A stretch of DNA of 64,000 nt from Nitrososphaerota archaeon (GTDB lineage: Archaea > Thermoproteota > Nitrososphaeria_A > Caldarchaeales > Calditenuaceae), in NCBI GenBank assembly GCA_038845265.1, contig JAWBQR010000006.1, forward strand, positions 56,637 to 120,636. The letters run 5' to 3'. The notes below the pieces were generated by a model. The model searched no databases, was not told where the DNA came from, and was given only the letters and a program-made list of their open reading frames with translations. Position numbers and translations under genes: made by a program. This document shows positions 19,038 through 29,267 of this stretch, piece after piece; within the stretch, counting starts at the first letter, position 1, and every line of letters begins with the position of its first letter.

Positions 19038-20636
19038 TTGAATCGGATAGTAGATATGACTATAACAGCTGAGCTTGTGGAAAAGAAGACGGCAAAGAAG
19101 TTAATTACGAAGACTAGGAGTATCTGTCCAGAATGCAATGCTATCCTGCCTGCAGAAATTTTTGAAGACAATAATAAGATCTACATAAGGAAAAATTGTC
19201 CAAAGCACGGTGAGTTTGAGGAGCTTTACTTCGGAGACGCTTCGATTTATCATAAGTTTGCTAAGTGGCTTCGGGATGGAAAAGGCACCGGGAATCCTAA
19301 TGTAGAGGTGCCGCGAGTGGCTTGCCCCGCGAACTGCGGACTTTGCAGCGAGCATCTAAGCCACACCGCGCTGGCCAACATAGTCGTGACGAACCGTTGT
19401 GATCTTCACTGCTGGTACTGCTTCTTCTACGCAGATAAGTCAGGATATGTCTACGAGCCGACCCTTGAGCAGATAAAAGAGATGGTTCTAAACTTAAGGG
19501 CTGAGAGACCTATTCCCGGCAACTCGGTACAAATAACAGGCGGAGAGCCGACACTGAGAGACGATCTACCAGAAATCATCAAAATAATCAAGAGTGTAGG
19601 AATAGACCACATACAGCTAAACACAAATGGTATAAGGCTATCCAGAGATTTTGAATATTTCAAGAAATTGAAAGAAGCTGGTGTCAGCAATCTCTACATG
19701 AGTTTTGACGGAATCACCCCTAGGACAAATCCGAAAAATCACTGGGAGGTTCCAGCAGTTCTCGAGAATGCTCGTAGATTAGGTGTAGGTATCGTACTTG
19801 TTCCTACAATAATCAAGGGAATTAATGACCACGAGTTGGGCGATATAATTAGGTTTGGCTTTTCTAACATAGATATAATTCGAGCAGTAAACTTTCAGCC
19901 AGTATCTCTTACAGGGAGAATGCCGAAGAAAGAACGGGAAAAGTACAGAATTACTATTCCAGATTGTATAGTAAAGATTGAAGAGCAGACTGATGGTATG
20001 ATTCCGAGAGATGCCTGGTTTCCAGTTCCTGCTTGCATCCCGTTAACAGACTTTATCGAGATGCTGACCGGAAAACCGACATACATGCTCAGCACCCATT
20101 TCGCTTGCGGTGCAGGGACATATGTATTCAAGGACGGGGATAAGATTAAGCCATTAACCGAATTTGTTGATGTTGAAGGATTAATAAAATATCTCCAAGA
20201 CAAGGCAGAAGAAATAGAGATGGGTAGGAATAAGTATTGGGTTGGATTGAAAGTTTTAGCAAACATCGGAAAATTCATTAATAGCAAAAAGGAGCCCCAA
20301 GGCCTAAATTTAAAGAGAATGATCTTTGACATAATAGTGAAGCATGACTACAAGAGCGTGGGTGATTGGCATAGACGCAGCCTATTCCTCGGTATGATGC
20401 ATTTCCAAGACAAATACAATTACGATATTGAAAGAGTATGGAGATGCGAAATACACTACTTAACGCCTGACAAAAGAATTATTCCGTTCTGCGCATTTAA
20501 TGTTCTTCCTGAATGGTATCGGGATCGGCTCCAAGCACAGTATGGCATACCGATAGAAGAATGGGAGAAAAAGACCGGCAGAAAATTATCAGATGATTTC
20601 TATAAAAGAAGACTATTAATAAGTACTACTGGCTAA
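19038..20636 (+). CDS. tes: Radical SAM tetraether lipid synthase (Tes / GDGT-MAS family)
   Basis: N-terminal CPEC...CPKHG; CPANCGLCSEH; CDLHCWYC radical SAM motif; NFQPVS; HFACG; IIPFCAFN. Confidence 0.85.
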   Translation: MNRIVDMTITAELVEKKTAKKLITKTRSICPECNAILPAEIFEDNNKIYIRKNCPKHGEFEELYFGDASIYHKFAKWLRDGKGTGNPNVEVPRVACPANCGLCSEHLSHTALANIVVTNRCDLHCWYCFFYADKSGYVYEPTLEQIKEMVLNLRAERPIPGNSVQITGGEPTLRDDLPEIIKIIKSVGIDHIQLNTNGIRLSRDFEYFKKLKEAGVSNLYMSFDGITPRTNPKNHWEVPAVLENARRLGVGIVLVPTIIKGINDHELGDIIRFGFSNIDIIRAVNFQPVSLTGRMPKKEREKYRITIPDCIVKIEEQTDGMIPRDAWFPVPACIPLTDFIEMLTGKPTYMLSTHFACGAGTYVFKDGDKIKPLTEFVDVEGLIKYLQDKAEEIEMGRNKYWVGLKVLANIGKFINSKKEPQGLNLKRMIFDIIVKHDYKSVGDWHRRSLFLGMMHFQDKYNYDIERVWRCEIHYLTPDKRIIPFCAFNVLPEWYRDRLQAQYGIPIEEWEKKTGRKLSDDFYKRRLLISTTG

Positions 20637-20667
20637 ATTCATAATGGTTTTCTAGGAAAAAGTTGTA

Positions 20668-21992
20668 TTATGATCTATTCAGGATTTTCTTAATTTTTTC
20701 ATGAATAATCGGTGCGATCTCTGCCACTTCTTTTAGAATGGTTTCCTCTTCCAGCGTCATGACTACTTTGTTCTTCATAAGTAATTTTCCATCAACAATT
20801 AAGTCGGAGACATCCTCTCCAGACGCAAATAAAGGTAGGGTAAATGGGTCATGAAGAGGTGTTAAATGTGGTTTGCGAATGTCAATGATTGTTAAGTCAG
20901 CTAGATACCCCTCCTTTATGGTACCTGCATTTTGAATCATGAGTGCCATGGCGCCATTTCTCGTGGCCATCAGTAAAGCATCTCTAGGCGAGATTACACT
21001 ATGATCTAAAAATGGCGATCCATAGTATCCCGACATACCAGCAATCATTACATTCATCTCCGTGAATAGATCCAATCCCCGGTAGCTTCCTCCATCACTT
21101 CCAAGAGCAACCTTCACTCCCTTAGCTAATAGTTCTGGTACTCTTGGGAAATTCATGTACATCATATTTATTGTTGGACAGTGAACGATTTTGGCATCGG
21201 CTCTACTCATCATATCTAATTCTCCGCGGCTTAGGAAGGCGCAATGGGCGGCAAGGACACGATTACTCAGGTATCCTTGATTATATAAAAATTCTACTGG
21301 TCTTTTTCCCCATCTAGACAATGAGTGCTGAATCTCTGCTGCTTCTTCACTCAAGTGCATATGAATCCCAACTGAATCCTCCTCAGCATACCTGAATGTT
21401 TTCTCAATTAATTCCTCTGTAGAAGTCATTAATTGTCTAATGGAATACCATCCTCTCACCCTTCCATCCCTGTACTTTAAGACTAATTCTCTGTTTAACT
21501 CAGCGGTCCTAATATAAGACGATACCCCTGTATCCATCGTTGAATGAGTAATCGTGGCTCTAAGTCCAGCTTCATTTACAGTCTCAGCTAATATCTCTGG
21601 AAATGGTCCCCCAGCGTCAGAAAAAGCAGTGATTCCTTTTTTTATCATGTTGAGACAGGCTAGTCTCGCGCTGATTTTTGCTTCTTCCTTGCTCATCTCT
21701 GCTTCAAATGGTATTAATACTTTTAGCCATATTGGGTGTCGCTGTAGTTCGCTCATCGTTAGCGCTCCTCTCAAGAGGATTTGAAATACATGTGTATGTG
21801 CATCTACGAGTCCTGGTAAAGCAATTTTTCCTTTTCCATCAACTATTTCTCCAGAATCAATCTTTAGATCTTTTCCAATTTTAGATATAACTCCATCTTT
21901 TATTGCAATGTCTATGTTTTTAAGTATTCCTAATTCTTCATCTGGTACGAGGGCGGTAATGTTCTTAATTAGAATATCTGCTTCTTGCCTCA
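20668..21992 (-). CDS. Metal-dependent amidohydrolase, SsnA/MtaD (nucleoside deaminase-like) family
   Basis: PGLVDAHTH, HMHLSE, AAHC and LGSDG motifs; likely start ATG at 21992 overlapping the upstream stop (track start 22020). Confidence 0.85.
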
Positions 21993-23273
21993 TGTTTGTC
22001 CGATGTATTCGACTATCCAATCCATGTTCATAAGCATGTTTCTATCGGCTCTTCCTCCTTTTGGTATTCTTATCTCGCCGTTCTGATCCCTTATTGGCTC
22101 GTCTAGATTTCCCTCACTGCTAAATGGTTCGAATATCCCTTCCTTCATTTCTTCGTATCTCTTCTTGATTAGATATTGCCACTCGTCTGGTACAGCTGGA
22201 TTAATAGGGGCCATATATACTGGCCCCTCTGGTTTTCCTAACGTGCTTTGCTCCGGAGCCTTTGCCCACCTAGAGGGTAGATAATCCCCTAATCTTGCCC
22301 ATATATCGACTGATTCCCACGTATTAGTGGCTATTGCCTTGTAAAACTCTAAGTATATCACTCCCCAATTAACTATGTGTCCAGACAGATGTGAATTCGG
22401 CCCGTATTCGTACATGTTTGTATAGTGGCTAAAGCCCCACGTCCTTCTTCCTCTCTTGGTTGTGTATTCTTCAGCTACTTGCAATACTGTTGGCGAATCC
22501 TCCGTAGAACTAATTACGTCTGCATCAATAAGATCTATTAATGATATTGCTGCGTCCCTAGCTTTAGTTGGGTCAAACCATGTAAGAAGCCAGACTACCT
22601 GTATCTTGATGTCTTTCCCTGTTCTTTTCTTATAGGCATAGTGTGCTCCTAATGCAAAGGCATTCACAAGCCTTGTTATCACTGGTACGGGATAAGTAGC
22701 TACTATTCCTACTGCACCGGTCTTAGTTACGCTACCTGCGGCAAGCCCCTCAAGGTAATATATTTGGTATGTGTTTATGTCTGCCACAGACATATTGTCT
22801 GGAGCGTTTCCAAGTACCCCGGCCCTGAAGCCATTAATATGCAGGAAGTATTTATCAGGATACTGTGAAGCGAGTTCAGCCATTGAATCCATATAGCCAA
22901 AACTTGTACCGATAACTAAATCTACTCCTTCGCCCTCGATTAGTCCCCTCATTGCGCTTTTAACGTCTGCATCACTGACCCCCTCTATGTATGTGCTTTT
23001 TACGGATGGCATTCTACTATCGGCCCATTGCCTTCCCTGGTCGTGAGAGTATGACCATCCATAATCTTTGGCAGGACCAATGTAGACGTATCCTGCTTTA
23101 ACCACTTTCTGCTTCTCAACAGTTACTGTTTTTTCAATAGTAGTCGTCTTTTCTCCCCCTGTAGCTAGATAAGTCCCTGCCACTCCTACTAATGCTCCTC
23201 CAAGCACACCTGCAATAGCGGCATTCCTAACTGATCCAAGAAACTTTCTCCTAGTAGGATTTCGAATAGCCAT
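21990..23273 (-). CDS. BMP/PnrA-family ABC substrate-binding protein with twin-arginine signal
   Basis: TRRKFL Tat motif and hydrophobic stretch; DYGWSYSHDQGR, GTSFGY, WFDP. Confidence 0.85.
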   Translation of the reverse strand: MAIRNPTRRKFLGSVRNAAIAGVLGGALVGVAGTYLATGGEKTTTIEKTVTVEKQKVVKAGYVYIGPAKDYGWSYSHDQGRQWADSRMPSVKSTYIEGVSDADVKSAMRGLIEGEGVDLVIGTSFGYMDSMAELASQYPDKYFLHINGFRAGVLGNAPDNMSVADINTYQIYYLEGLAAGSVTKTGAVGIVATYPVPVITRLVNAFALGAHYAYKKRTGKDIKIQVVWLLTWFDPTKARDAAISLIDLIDADVISSTEDSPTVLQVAEEYTTKRGRRTWGFSHYTNMYEYGPNSHLSGHIVNWGVIYLEFYKAIATNTWESVDIWARLGDYLPSRWAKAPEQSTLGKPEGPVYMAPINPAVPDEWQYLIKKRYEEMKEGIFEPFSSEGNLDEPIRDQNGEIRIPKGGRADRNMLMNMDWIVEYIGQT

Positions 23274-23374
23274 ATAAATATTCCAGAAGCGCCGCTATAA
23301 AATTTGAGCTTTCAAAAATATGTAAATTTTCATTGAAAGGGCCAGATATAATTATAAATCGAATTATGCCTTAC

Positions 23375-25687
23375 TTAAACTATTTCCAATAATTTAAGAA
23401 TGAATGCCTGACCAGCTGATATGCATCCGTCATTCGGGGGGAGTCTTTTACTCATTTTGAGGATTAAACCGGAGTTTTTTAAGGACGATTCAATTCCTTG
23501 AATAATGTACTCATTTACGGCTGCACCACCACTAACATAAACAACATTACTTCCATAATTAAGTGCTTCTTCTAGTGCTGCATTGCCAAGTAGTTTCCCA
23601 ATAATTAATTGTGCAGTGTACGCAATATCTTGACTTTTCGTATTATCTATCAGATCGACTAATTGACGAATTATCTCCGTCGAAGGAATGATTCCATCCT
23701 TGTAGTTAATTAGGTCTGAAGTTAATAGTTTAATTTCTCGCCCATTACTAGCATGTTCTTCAAGCAAAATTGCTGGTTCACCCTCATATGTACGCTCTTT
23801 ACATAATTGCAAAAGGACAGAAACGCTATCAAGTACTCGGCCGGTGCTAGACGTTAATTGTCCCCTTCCAGATTTAGCCAAAGATATACATTGTTGGAAC
23901 TCTTCGAAGCCGTGGGGAAAATAATGAATTAATCCTCTTCTCTCGAATAATCTTACGATTTCTTCTTCACTCAATATTTTGCTTAGAATTGATACAAGCA
24001 TTCTAGCCGGATATTTAGTAGCTAGGTCTCCTCCAGGCATAATTTGATACTCGAGATGAGCTTTTCTTTCAATTTTTTCAGAATCCCATGTAAGTATCTC
24101 GCCTCCCCAGATTGCTCCATCCTCGCCATATCCTGCACCATCAATCGTTATTGCTACAGCTGGTTCATCAATGTCGTGTAGATTATCAAGCATGGCTGAT
24201 GCCATATGCGCTTTATGATGCTGAACTTTGATTAGCTCCGATCCATATTTATTACTCCAATTTTCAGCAAGAAGAGAAGAACTATAAAGAGGATGTAAAT
24301 CAGAAACTATGATTGCGTCTTTTGGATTGATTTTGTAATAATTACATAACCTATAGAGATATTTCTCAAGGTCCTTATAACACTCGTATTCATCAACATC
24401 GCCGATATATTGTGTAGGAATTATTTTGTTGTCTATCGCTATCGCGCCCGTGCTCTGTAGATCTGAGCCGAATGCGATGACAGGTCTACTGAATCTTAGA
24501 TTAGTTTCTATCCATCTAGGCGCATACCCTCTCCCTCTTCTTAAGAATACTGCCTCGCCCCTAGTAAACCTAATGACTGAGTCATCAACTCTGTTTATTA
24601 TACGTCTATTATGTACTAGGAAATAGTCTGCCACACTTGTCAACTTCTTTAAATCCTCTTCACCAATTATCATGGGATGACCAGTAGGGTTTCCGCTTGT
24701 CATTATTGCAAATTTATCCTTAATATTCATCAATAAGAGATAATGAAGCCCCGTATATGGTATGAAAACTCCCAAGGTGTTTAGTCCTGGTGCTACTAAA
24801 GGAGAAACATTAGCATCAGCAGTCCTAGGCAGAATTAATATCGGTCTCTCATAACTCAGCAGTAATTTCTCAGCCTTATCATTTACCAAAACAAGTTTTT
24901 TTAAAATCTCAAGATTTAATGCCATTATAGCGAAAGGCTGTCTTGGACGATGCTTTCGGAGGCGTAGCTTTAAGACAACCTCGTCATCAGATGCTAGGCA
25001 TGCTAAATGGTAGCCTCCAATGCCTTTGACAGCCACGATGCATCCTTCATTTATCAGTTTGGCGGTTTCAAGAATAGGGTCTCTGACATTTAGCAATTTT
25101 AAATCGTTGTCAAGTAGATTTAGTCTCGGCCCACAATATGAACAGCTGATTCCCTCTCCGTGGAATCGTCTTATATCTGATACATTATTATATTCTTCAA
25201 TGCAGCTGGGACATAGCGGGAATTCTTTCCAACTAGTGTTATCTCTATCGTAGGGTATACTTTCAATGATAGAATACCTTGGACCGCACCATGCACATGA
25301 ATTAAACGCATATGCATATCTCCTATTTTCTTTGTCGAGGATCTCTTTTAGACACCACTCACAGATACTTATGTCTGGAGGAACTTCAGAAATGAGGAGG
25401 GAGTCTGAAGAACTTTTATGAATAGTAAATTCATTGAAGTTGTTTGGTTTCGCGTCATTAATTATTATTTTTTCTATCTTTGCTGTCGGAGTTATACCTT
25501 TTTCTATGGATTTGATGAAAAGTTCAACTTTTCTGTCTTCACCCTCTACCCAGATCTCGACTTCTCCTCCACCCAGGTTTTTTACATATCCATTTACTCC
25601 TACACTTAATGCGAGACGAGTGATGGCGGGTCTGAATCCTACACCCTGAACAACGCCAGTGACAGTTATTCTAACAGCCCTTAGCAT
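23375..25687 (-). CDS. hypF: Carbamoyltransferase HypF
   Basis: VQGVGFRP acylphosphatase domain; CxxC zinc fingers; KGIGGYHL, DLHP, QHHKAH, DGAGYGEDG, PPNDG. Confidence 0.95.
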   Translation of the reverse strand: MLRAVRITVTGVVQGVGFRPAITRLALSVGVNGYVKNLGGGEVEIWVEGEDRKVELFIKSIEKGITPTAKIEKIIINDAKPNNFNEFTIHKSSSDSLLISEVPPDISICEWCLKEILDKENRRYAYAFNSCAWCGPRYSIIESIPYDRDNTSWKEFPLCPSCIEEYNNVSDIRRFHGEGISCSYCGPRLNLLDNDLKLLNVRDPILETAKLINEGCIVAVKGIGGYHLACLASDDEVVLKLRLRKHRPRQPFAIMALNLEILKKLVLVNDKAEKLLLSYERPILILPRTADANVSPLVAPGLNTLGVFIPYTGLHYLLLMNIKDKFAIMTSGNPTGHPMIIGEEDLKKLTSVADYFLVHNRRIINRVDDSVIRFTRGEAVFLRRGRGYAPRWIETNLRFSRPVIAFGSDLQSTGAIAIDNKIIPTQYIGDVDEYECYKDLEKYLYRLCNYYKINPKDAIIVSDLHPLYSSSLLAENWSNKYGSELIKVQHHKAHMASAMLDNLHDIDEPAVAITIDGAGYGEDGAIWGGEILTWDSEKIERKAHLEYQIMPGGDLATKYPARMLVSILSKILSEEEIVRLFERRGLIHYFPHGFEEFQQCISLAKSGRGQLTSSTGRVLDSVSVLLQLCKERTYEGEPAILLEEHASNGREIKLLTSDLINYKDGIIPSTEIIRQLVDLIDNTKSQDIAYTAQLIIGKLLGNAALEEALNYGSNVVYVSGGAAVNEYIIQGIESSLKNSGLILKMSKRLPPNDGCISAGQAFILKLLEIV

Positions 25688-26736
25688 ATCCTTGGAACCG
25701 GATCACCAATAGGCGGAGGAATGATTCTTTTACCACCAATAGTTGTCTCTAAAATTACACCTTTAAATGAATCGGTAACGTATCCGATTATACTTGCTTG
25801 GCTCCAACCTGAATTCTTAATTGATTCAAGAATTTCTTCGGCCTTATCGTTTATGACACTCATTACAACCTTTCCTTCGTTTCCAACCTCAAGTATGTCG
25901 ATGCCTAACAATTCAGACGCTGCCTTAGCTGCTGAACTTATTGGTAATGCGTCTTCTCTAATGACGAATCCGAGCCCTGTATTTTCTGCCCACTCATTTA
26001 ACAATCCAGCAAGTCCTCCCCTTGTCGGGTCTTTTGCGCAAGTAACGCCGCCGACCTTCAATGCCTCTCTCATCAATTTATTTAGAGGGGCTACGTCTGA
26101 TTTTACGTCTGATTTAAAGCCCAATTCTCCACGCGCAGCAAGAATTGCTACTGCATGGTCGCCGAGGGGGCCATTCAAAATTATCTTATCTCCAGCCCTA
26201 ATGTTTTTAGTTATAAGCCACATCGAGGAATGGTCATCCCTACTTCTCTTAATTATTTCGTAGTTTTGCATTAATTCTTGGCCGGGTACCCCTATGCCGG
26301 AACAGTTAATCAAGAGTTTATCGACTCGGCCCTTCTCAACTACTTTTGTATCACCAGTAATTATTGAGGTTTCTGCCTCAAGAGCTGCCTCCCTCATGCT
26401 GTTTAAGATCTTTTCAATATTGGAAATCTCAAACCCCTCTTCGATTATTAAGCCGCAAGATACTCCAAGAATTTTTGTTGCTCCTTTAACTGCTAAGTCA
26501 TTAATTGTTCCGCACACAGCCATCCTACCGATATCGCCTCCTGGAAAGAATAGTGGATATACAGTGTACGAATCAGTTGTAAATGCTATACCGTTAACAA
26601 TTGCTGAATCTTCAAGGAGATAGAGAGGTACATCAATATTCCTGGATAAATCACCAAAATATTTTAAAACATACTTATGAATAAATTGCAGCATATATTT
26701 TCCGCCCGCGCCGTGAAGCATTGTAACATTATTCAT
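25681..26736 (-). CDS. hypE: Hydrogenase maturation protein HypE
   Basis: HGAGG, TTDSY, GDTKVV, DPTRGG; C-terminal PRIC. Confidence 0.95.
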   Translation of the reverse strand: MNNVTMLHGAGGKYMLQFIHKYVLKYFGDLSRNIDVPLYLLEDSAIVNGIAFTTDSYTVYPLFFPGGDIGRMAVCGTINDLAVKGATKILGVSCGLIIEEGFEISNIEKILNSMREAALEAETSIITGDTKVVEKGRVDKLLINCSGIGVPGQELMQNYEIIKRSRDDHSSMWLITKNIRAGDKIILNGPLGDHAVAILAARGELGFKSDVKSDVAPLNKLMREALKVGGVTCAKDPTRGGLAGLLNEWAENTGLGFVIREDALPISSAAKAASELLGIDILEVGNEGKVVMSVINDKAEEILESIKNSGWSQASIIGYVTDSFKGVILETTIGGKRIIPPPIGDPVPRIC

Positions 26737-26742
26737 TGTTGA

Positions 26743-27555
26743 TCACTTATTCTTGGGTTTAGAAATAAACTGTTCAAGCGCCTTAGCAAAACCTTCTGGA
26801 AGCTCGATGGACTCCGTTAAAGAGGTATCGGTACATACTCCGACAGTGTAAATATCAGCTGCTAGCTTATTAGAAGTTTTATTCCAGACAAAATTGCGGA
26901 ACTTCACATGTTTTCTACCTATTTCTTCAACCCAGACAATTACTTCGATCTCATTGTCCAACCGGACTGGAGAGAGTATTTTTCCCCCCGTCTCGACTGT
27001 CGGTATGAAACGGCCGAATTTATGTATCAGTGTTGAGTATCCAAACCCAACGCTTGCTAATAGCTCTTGTTGACACCGCTCACAGAACTTGAAATAATTA
27101 GTATAATGCATAACCTGTAAATAATCCGTGTCTGAAAGAGATATTTTATATGTCCTTTTGAAAGCATTGCTAGGAATTTCTAACTTATCTTTTGTATCAA
27201 CTTCATCATCTTCGTTTATATCTTTACCTACCCCCTCAATGTTTTGGGCATCGAGGCCAAGACTTGATAATAATTTTTTAAAATCCGCCATAGCTTTAGA
27301 ACTCGCTTCCTCAGGGCTAAGCCCCATTTCTCTATAGTTTATTTCTGCTAACTCGGAATACAGCGCCAAATTTGTCGCTACATCTTTAGGGTCCATTTTT
27401 CCAATTATAACTCCTGCGTGAACCATTACAAAATCATTTATATTTACATCGTCTATCGCCAATAGAGCTTCCCTGACTACGCCTCCAAAATCTATCTTGG
27501 CTATTTTATTTTCATTATCAATTTCTAAAACTTTACCAGGTGCTCCCCAACACAT
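26743..27555 (-). CDS. hypC: HypC chaperone fused via an acidic linker to a hot-dog acyl-CoA thioesterase (4HBT/YbgC-like) domain
   Basis: N-term MCWGAPGKV...DFGGV...VMVHAG (HypC Cys2 and His); C-term SDTDYLQVMHYTNYFKFCE, SPVRLDNEIEV, EIGRKHVKF; single 270-aa ORF. Confidence 0.85.
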   Translation of the reverse strand: MCWGAPGKVLEIDNENKIAKIDFGGVVREALLAIDDVNINDFVMVHAGVIIGKMDPKDVATNLALYSELAEINYREMGLSPEEASSKAMADFKKLLSSLGLDAQNIEGVGKDINEDDEVDTKDKLEIPSNAFKRTYKISLSDTDYLQVMHYTNYFKFCERCQQELLASVGFGYSTLIHKFGRFIPTVETGGKILSPVRLDNEIEVIVWVEEIGRKHVKFRNFVWNKTSNKLAADIYTVGVCTDTSLTESIELPEGFAKALEQFISKPKNK

Positions 27556-27558
27556 ATC

Positions 27559-28785
27559 TTATTCCCCTTTATTGATTAGTGAATTTTTAATGTCTCCATG
27601 TTTTGCCCATACATTACATGTCCCCTCAATCGATACCATGCATGGTCCCCACGGTGTCTCGGGCGTGCATGATTTCATAAATAGTGGACAATCTGTTGGT
27701 TTGGATATTCCGAGCACTACTTCCCCGCATCTACAGTTAGGAGGCAAATCGTACTTCCCGGGCTCTCCGAAATGCGCATGAGTCATAACATACTCAGAAG
27801 GTGAAGCGTCAGGTATACCAAAATACTCAAAGGCATCATAGATCTTCCTGAAATCTTCTCGAAACATTAATCCACTTCTCGCTATCATGCCAATCCCCCT
27901 CCAGGCGGCGTATGTGGGCTGAAAAACCTCATTCACCATTTTTTTTACATAAGAGTTACCATTAGGTTTAACTAACCTTTTGTACTCGATTTCTAGTCTT
28001 GGTTTTTGGTTATCAATCATTTTAAGAATTGTTGCGATCGCCATTAGTATATCTATTGGCTCAAATCCCGTAACAACGGTTGGGAGACCGAAGTTTTCAG
28101 GAAGAAATCGCCACTCATAACCGCCAATGACGGCCGAGACATGTCCAGGCGCTATGACCCCCATTATAGGGAGTAATCCTCTTTCCTTGTACAGCTTTAC
28201 AGTAAACTTCATCGCTGGCGGAGTGAGACGTACAAGACTCATGAACTTAAGGTTGGTTGGTACCTCTCCCTTATAAAAGAAGAAGCCGTAAATAGGTAAA
28301 ATTGTCTCAAAGCCTATTCCGAGAAATATGCTTTCCTTTTTATGTGTTTTTGCGTCTTTTATGGCGTCAAAAAATGAATAGACAACTTTGACTTCAGCGC
28401 CCAGGGACTTTGCTTCATAAAGAGATCTTGCTGGTGTTTTAGGCCTACTTGAAGGAAGCCTAAGTGCATCGCCATATGTATAAATAGTATATCCTTCAAG
28501 TGCAAGCTTAATAGACATATCTATGTAGTTTGACGGCACTACGCATACTGGGCAGCCTGGACCGGCTACAAGCTCTATGCTTCGTGGCAATAAGCTCCTC
28601 AATCCATAATGCGTTATAGCCCATTCATGCGTACCGCAGAAATGCATTATCTTAATTAATGAATTATTTTCGAATTGTTTTTTCATGATTTTCTCTGCAT
28701 ATTTTTTGATTATTCCAATTAATGATGAAGCAAGTTCACGGTTGCTTCGAAATATATCCTGAACAGTTCTCAGCTCTGGTTGCAA
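27559..28785 (-). CDS. hypD: Hydrogenase maturation protein HypD
   Basis: CGTHE, GPGCPVC, GFET, PGHVS, CRCGEV...CPLF...GPCMVSIEGTC. Confidence 0.95.
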   Translation of the reverse strand: MQPELRTVQDIFRSNRELASSLIGIIKKYAEKIMKKQFENNSLIKIMHFCGTHEWAITHYGLRSLLPRSIELVAGPGCPVCVVPSNYIDMSIKLALEGYTIYTYGDALRLPSSRPKTPARSLYEAKSLGAEVKVVYSFFDAIKDAKTHKKESIFLGIGFETILPIYGFFFYKGEVPTNLKFMSLVRLTPPAMKFTVKLYKERGLLPIMGVIAPGHVSAVIGGYEWRFLPENFGLPTVVTGFEPIDILMAIATILKMIDNQKPRLEIEYKRLVKPNGNSYVKKMVNEVFQPTYAAWRGIGMIARSGLMFREDFRKIYDAFEYFGIPDASPSEYVMTHAHFGEPGKYDLPPNCRCGEVVLGISKPTDCPLFMKSCTPETPWGPCMVSIEGTCNVWAKHGDIKNSLINKGE

Positions 28786-29261
28786 TTAATATGGTCACCT
28801 CTTCTAGTAATTTTCATAATGATGTCAAAAACATTCTTTGTAATTGAATCCAATTTTTCGGAAATTTCTAGTGAAATATTATCTCCAATTGTATATGGAT
28901 CTTTTGTTTCAATTGCAATTATATGTATAAAGTTAGGACGAAGTAATTCTAGTGCATGGATAGCCATCAAGGCTTCAGGAAGTCCTGCATAATGAGGTGA
29001 AAACACAGACATGGATTTCATTAAATCCCCATCCAGTTCGTATACGTGTCCTACTGGATGTTTGTTGCTTCTTATACCATCAACTATTATGACCATGTCG
29101 TAGCCGTGAATGTAATCTAGTAATGAGAGTCCTGTTTTTTCTAAGATATGCGTATCAATACCCATTTTTTCTAGTTCTCCCATCAGACGTTTCCCTACTT
29201 CTATTCCTACGGCATCATCCCTGTAAATAGGATTACCGAGGAATAGAACGACTACTTTCAC
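28770..29261 (-). CDS. Hydrogenase maturation endopeptidase (HycI/HybD family)
   Basis: GNPIYRDDAVG, IIVDG and SPH motifs; directly downstream of the large subunit. Confidence 0.9.
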   Translation of the reverse strand: MKVVVLFLGNPIYRDDAVGIEVGKRLMGELEKMGIDTHILEKTGLSLLDYIHGYDMVIIVDGIRSNKHPVGHVYELDGDLMKSMSVFSPHYAGLPEALMAIHALELLRPNFIHIIAIETKDPYTIGDNISLEISEKLDSITKNVFDIIMKITRRGDHINCNQS

Positions 29262-29267
29262 AGCCGA

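Noticed and set aside
19038-20636. Tes radical SAM enzyme as a novelty
   Set aside because: Characterised family, expected in GDGT-producing archaea; listed as a feature only.
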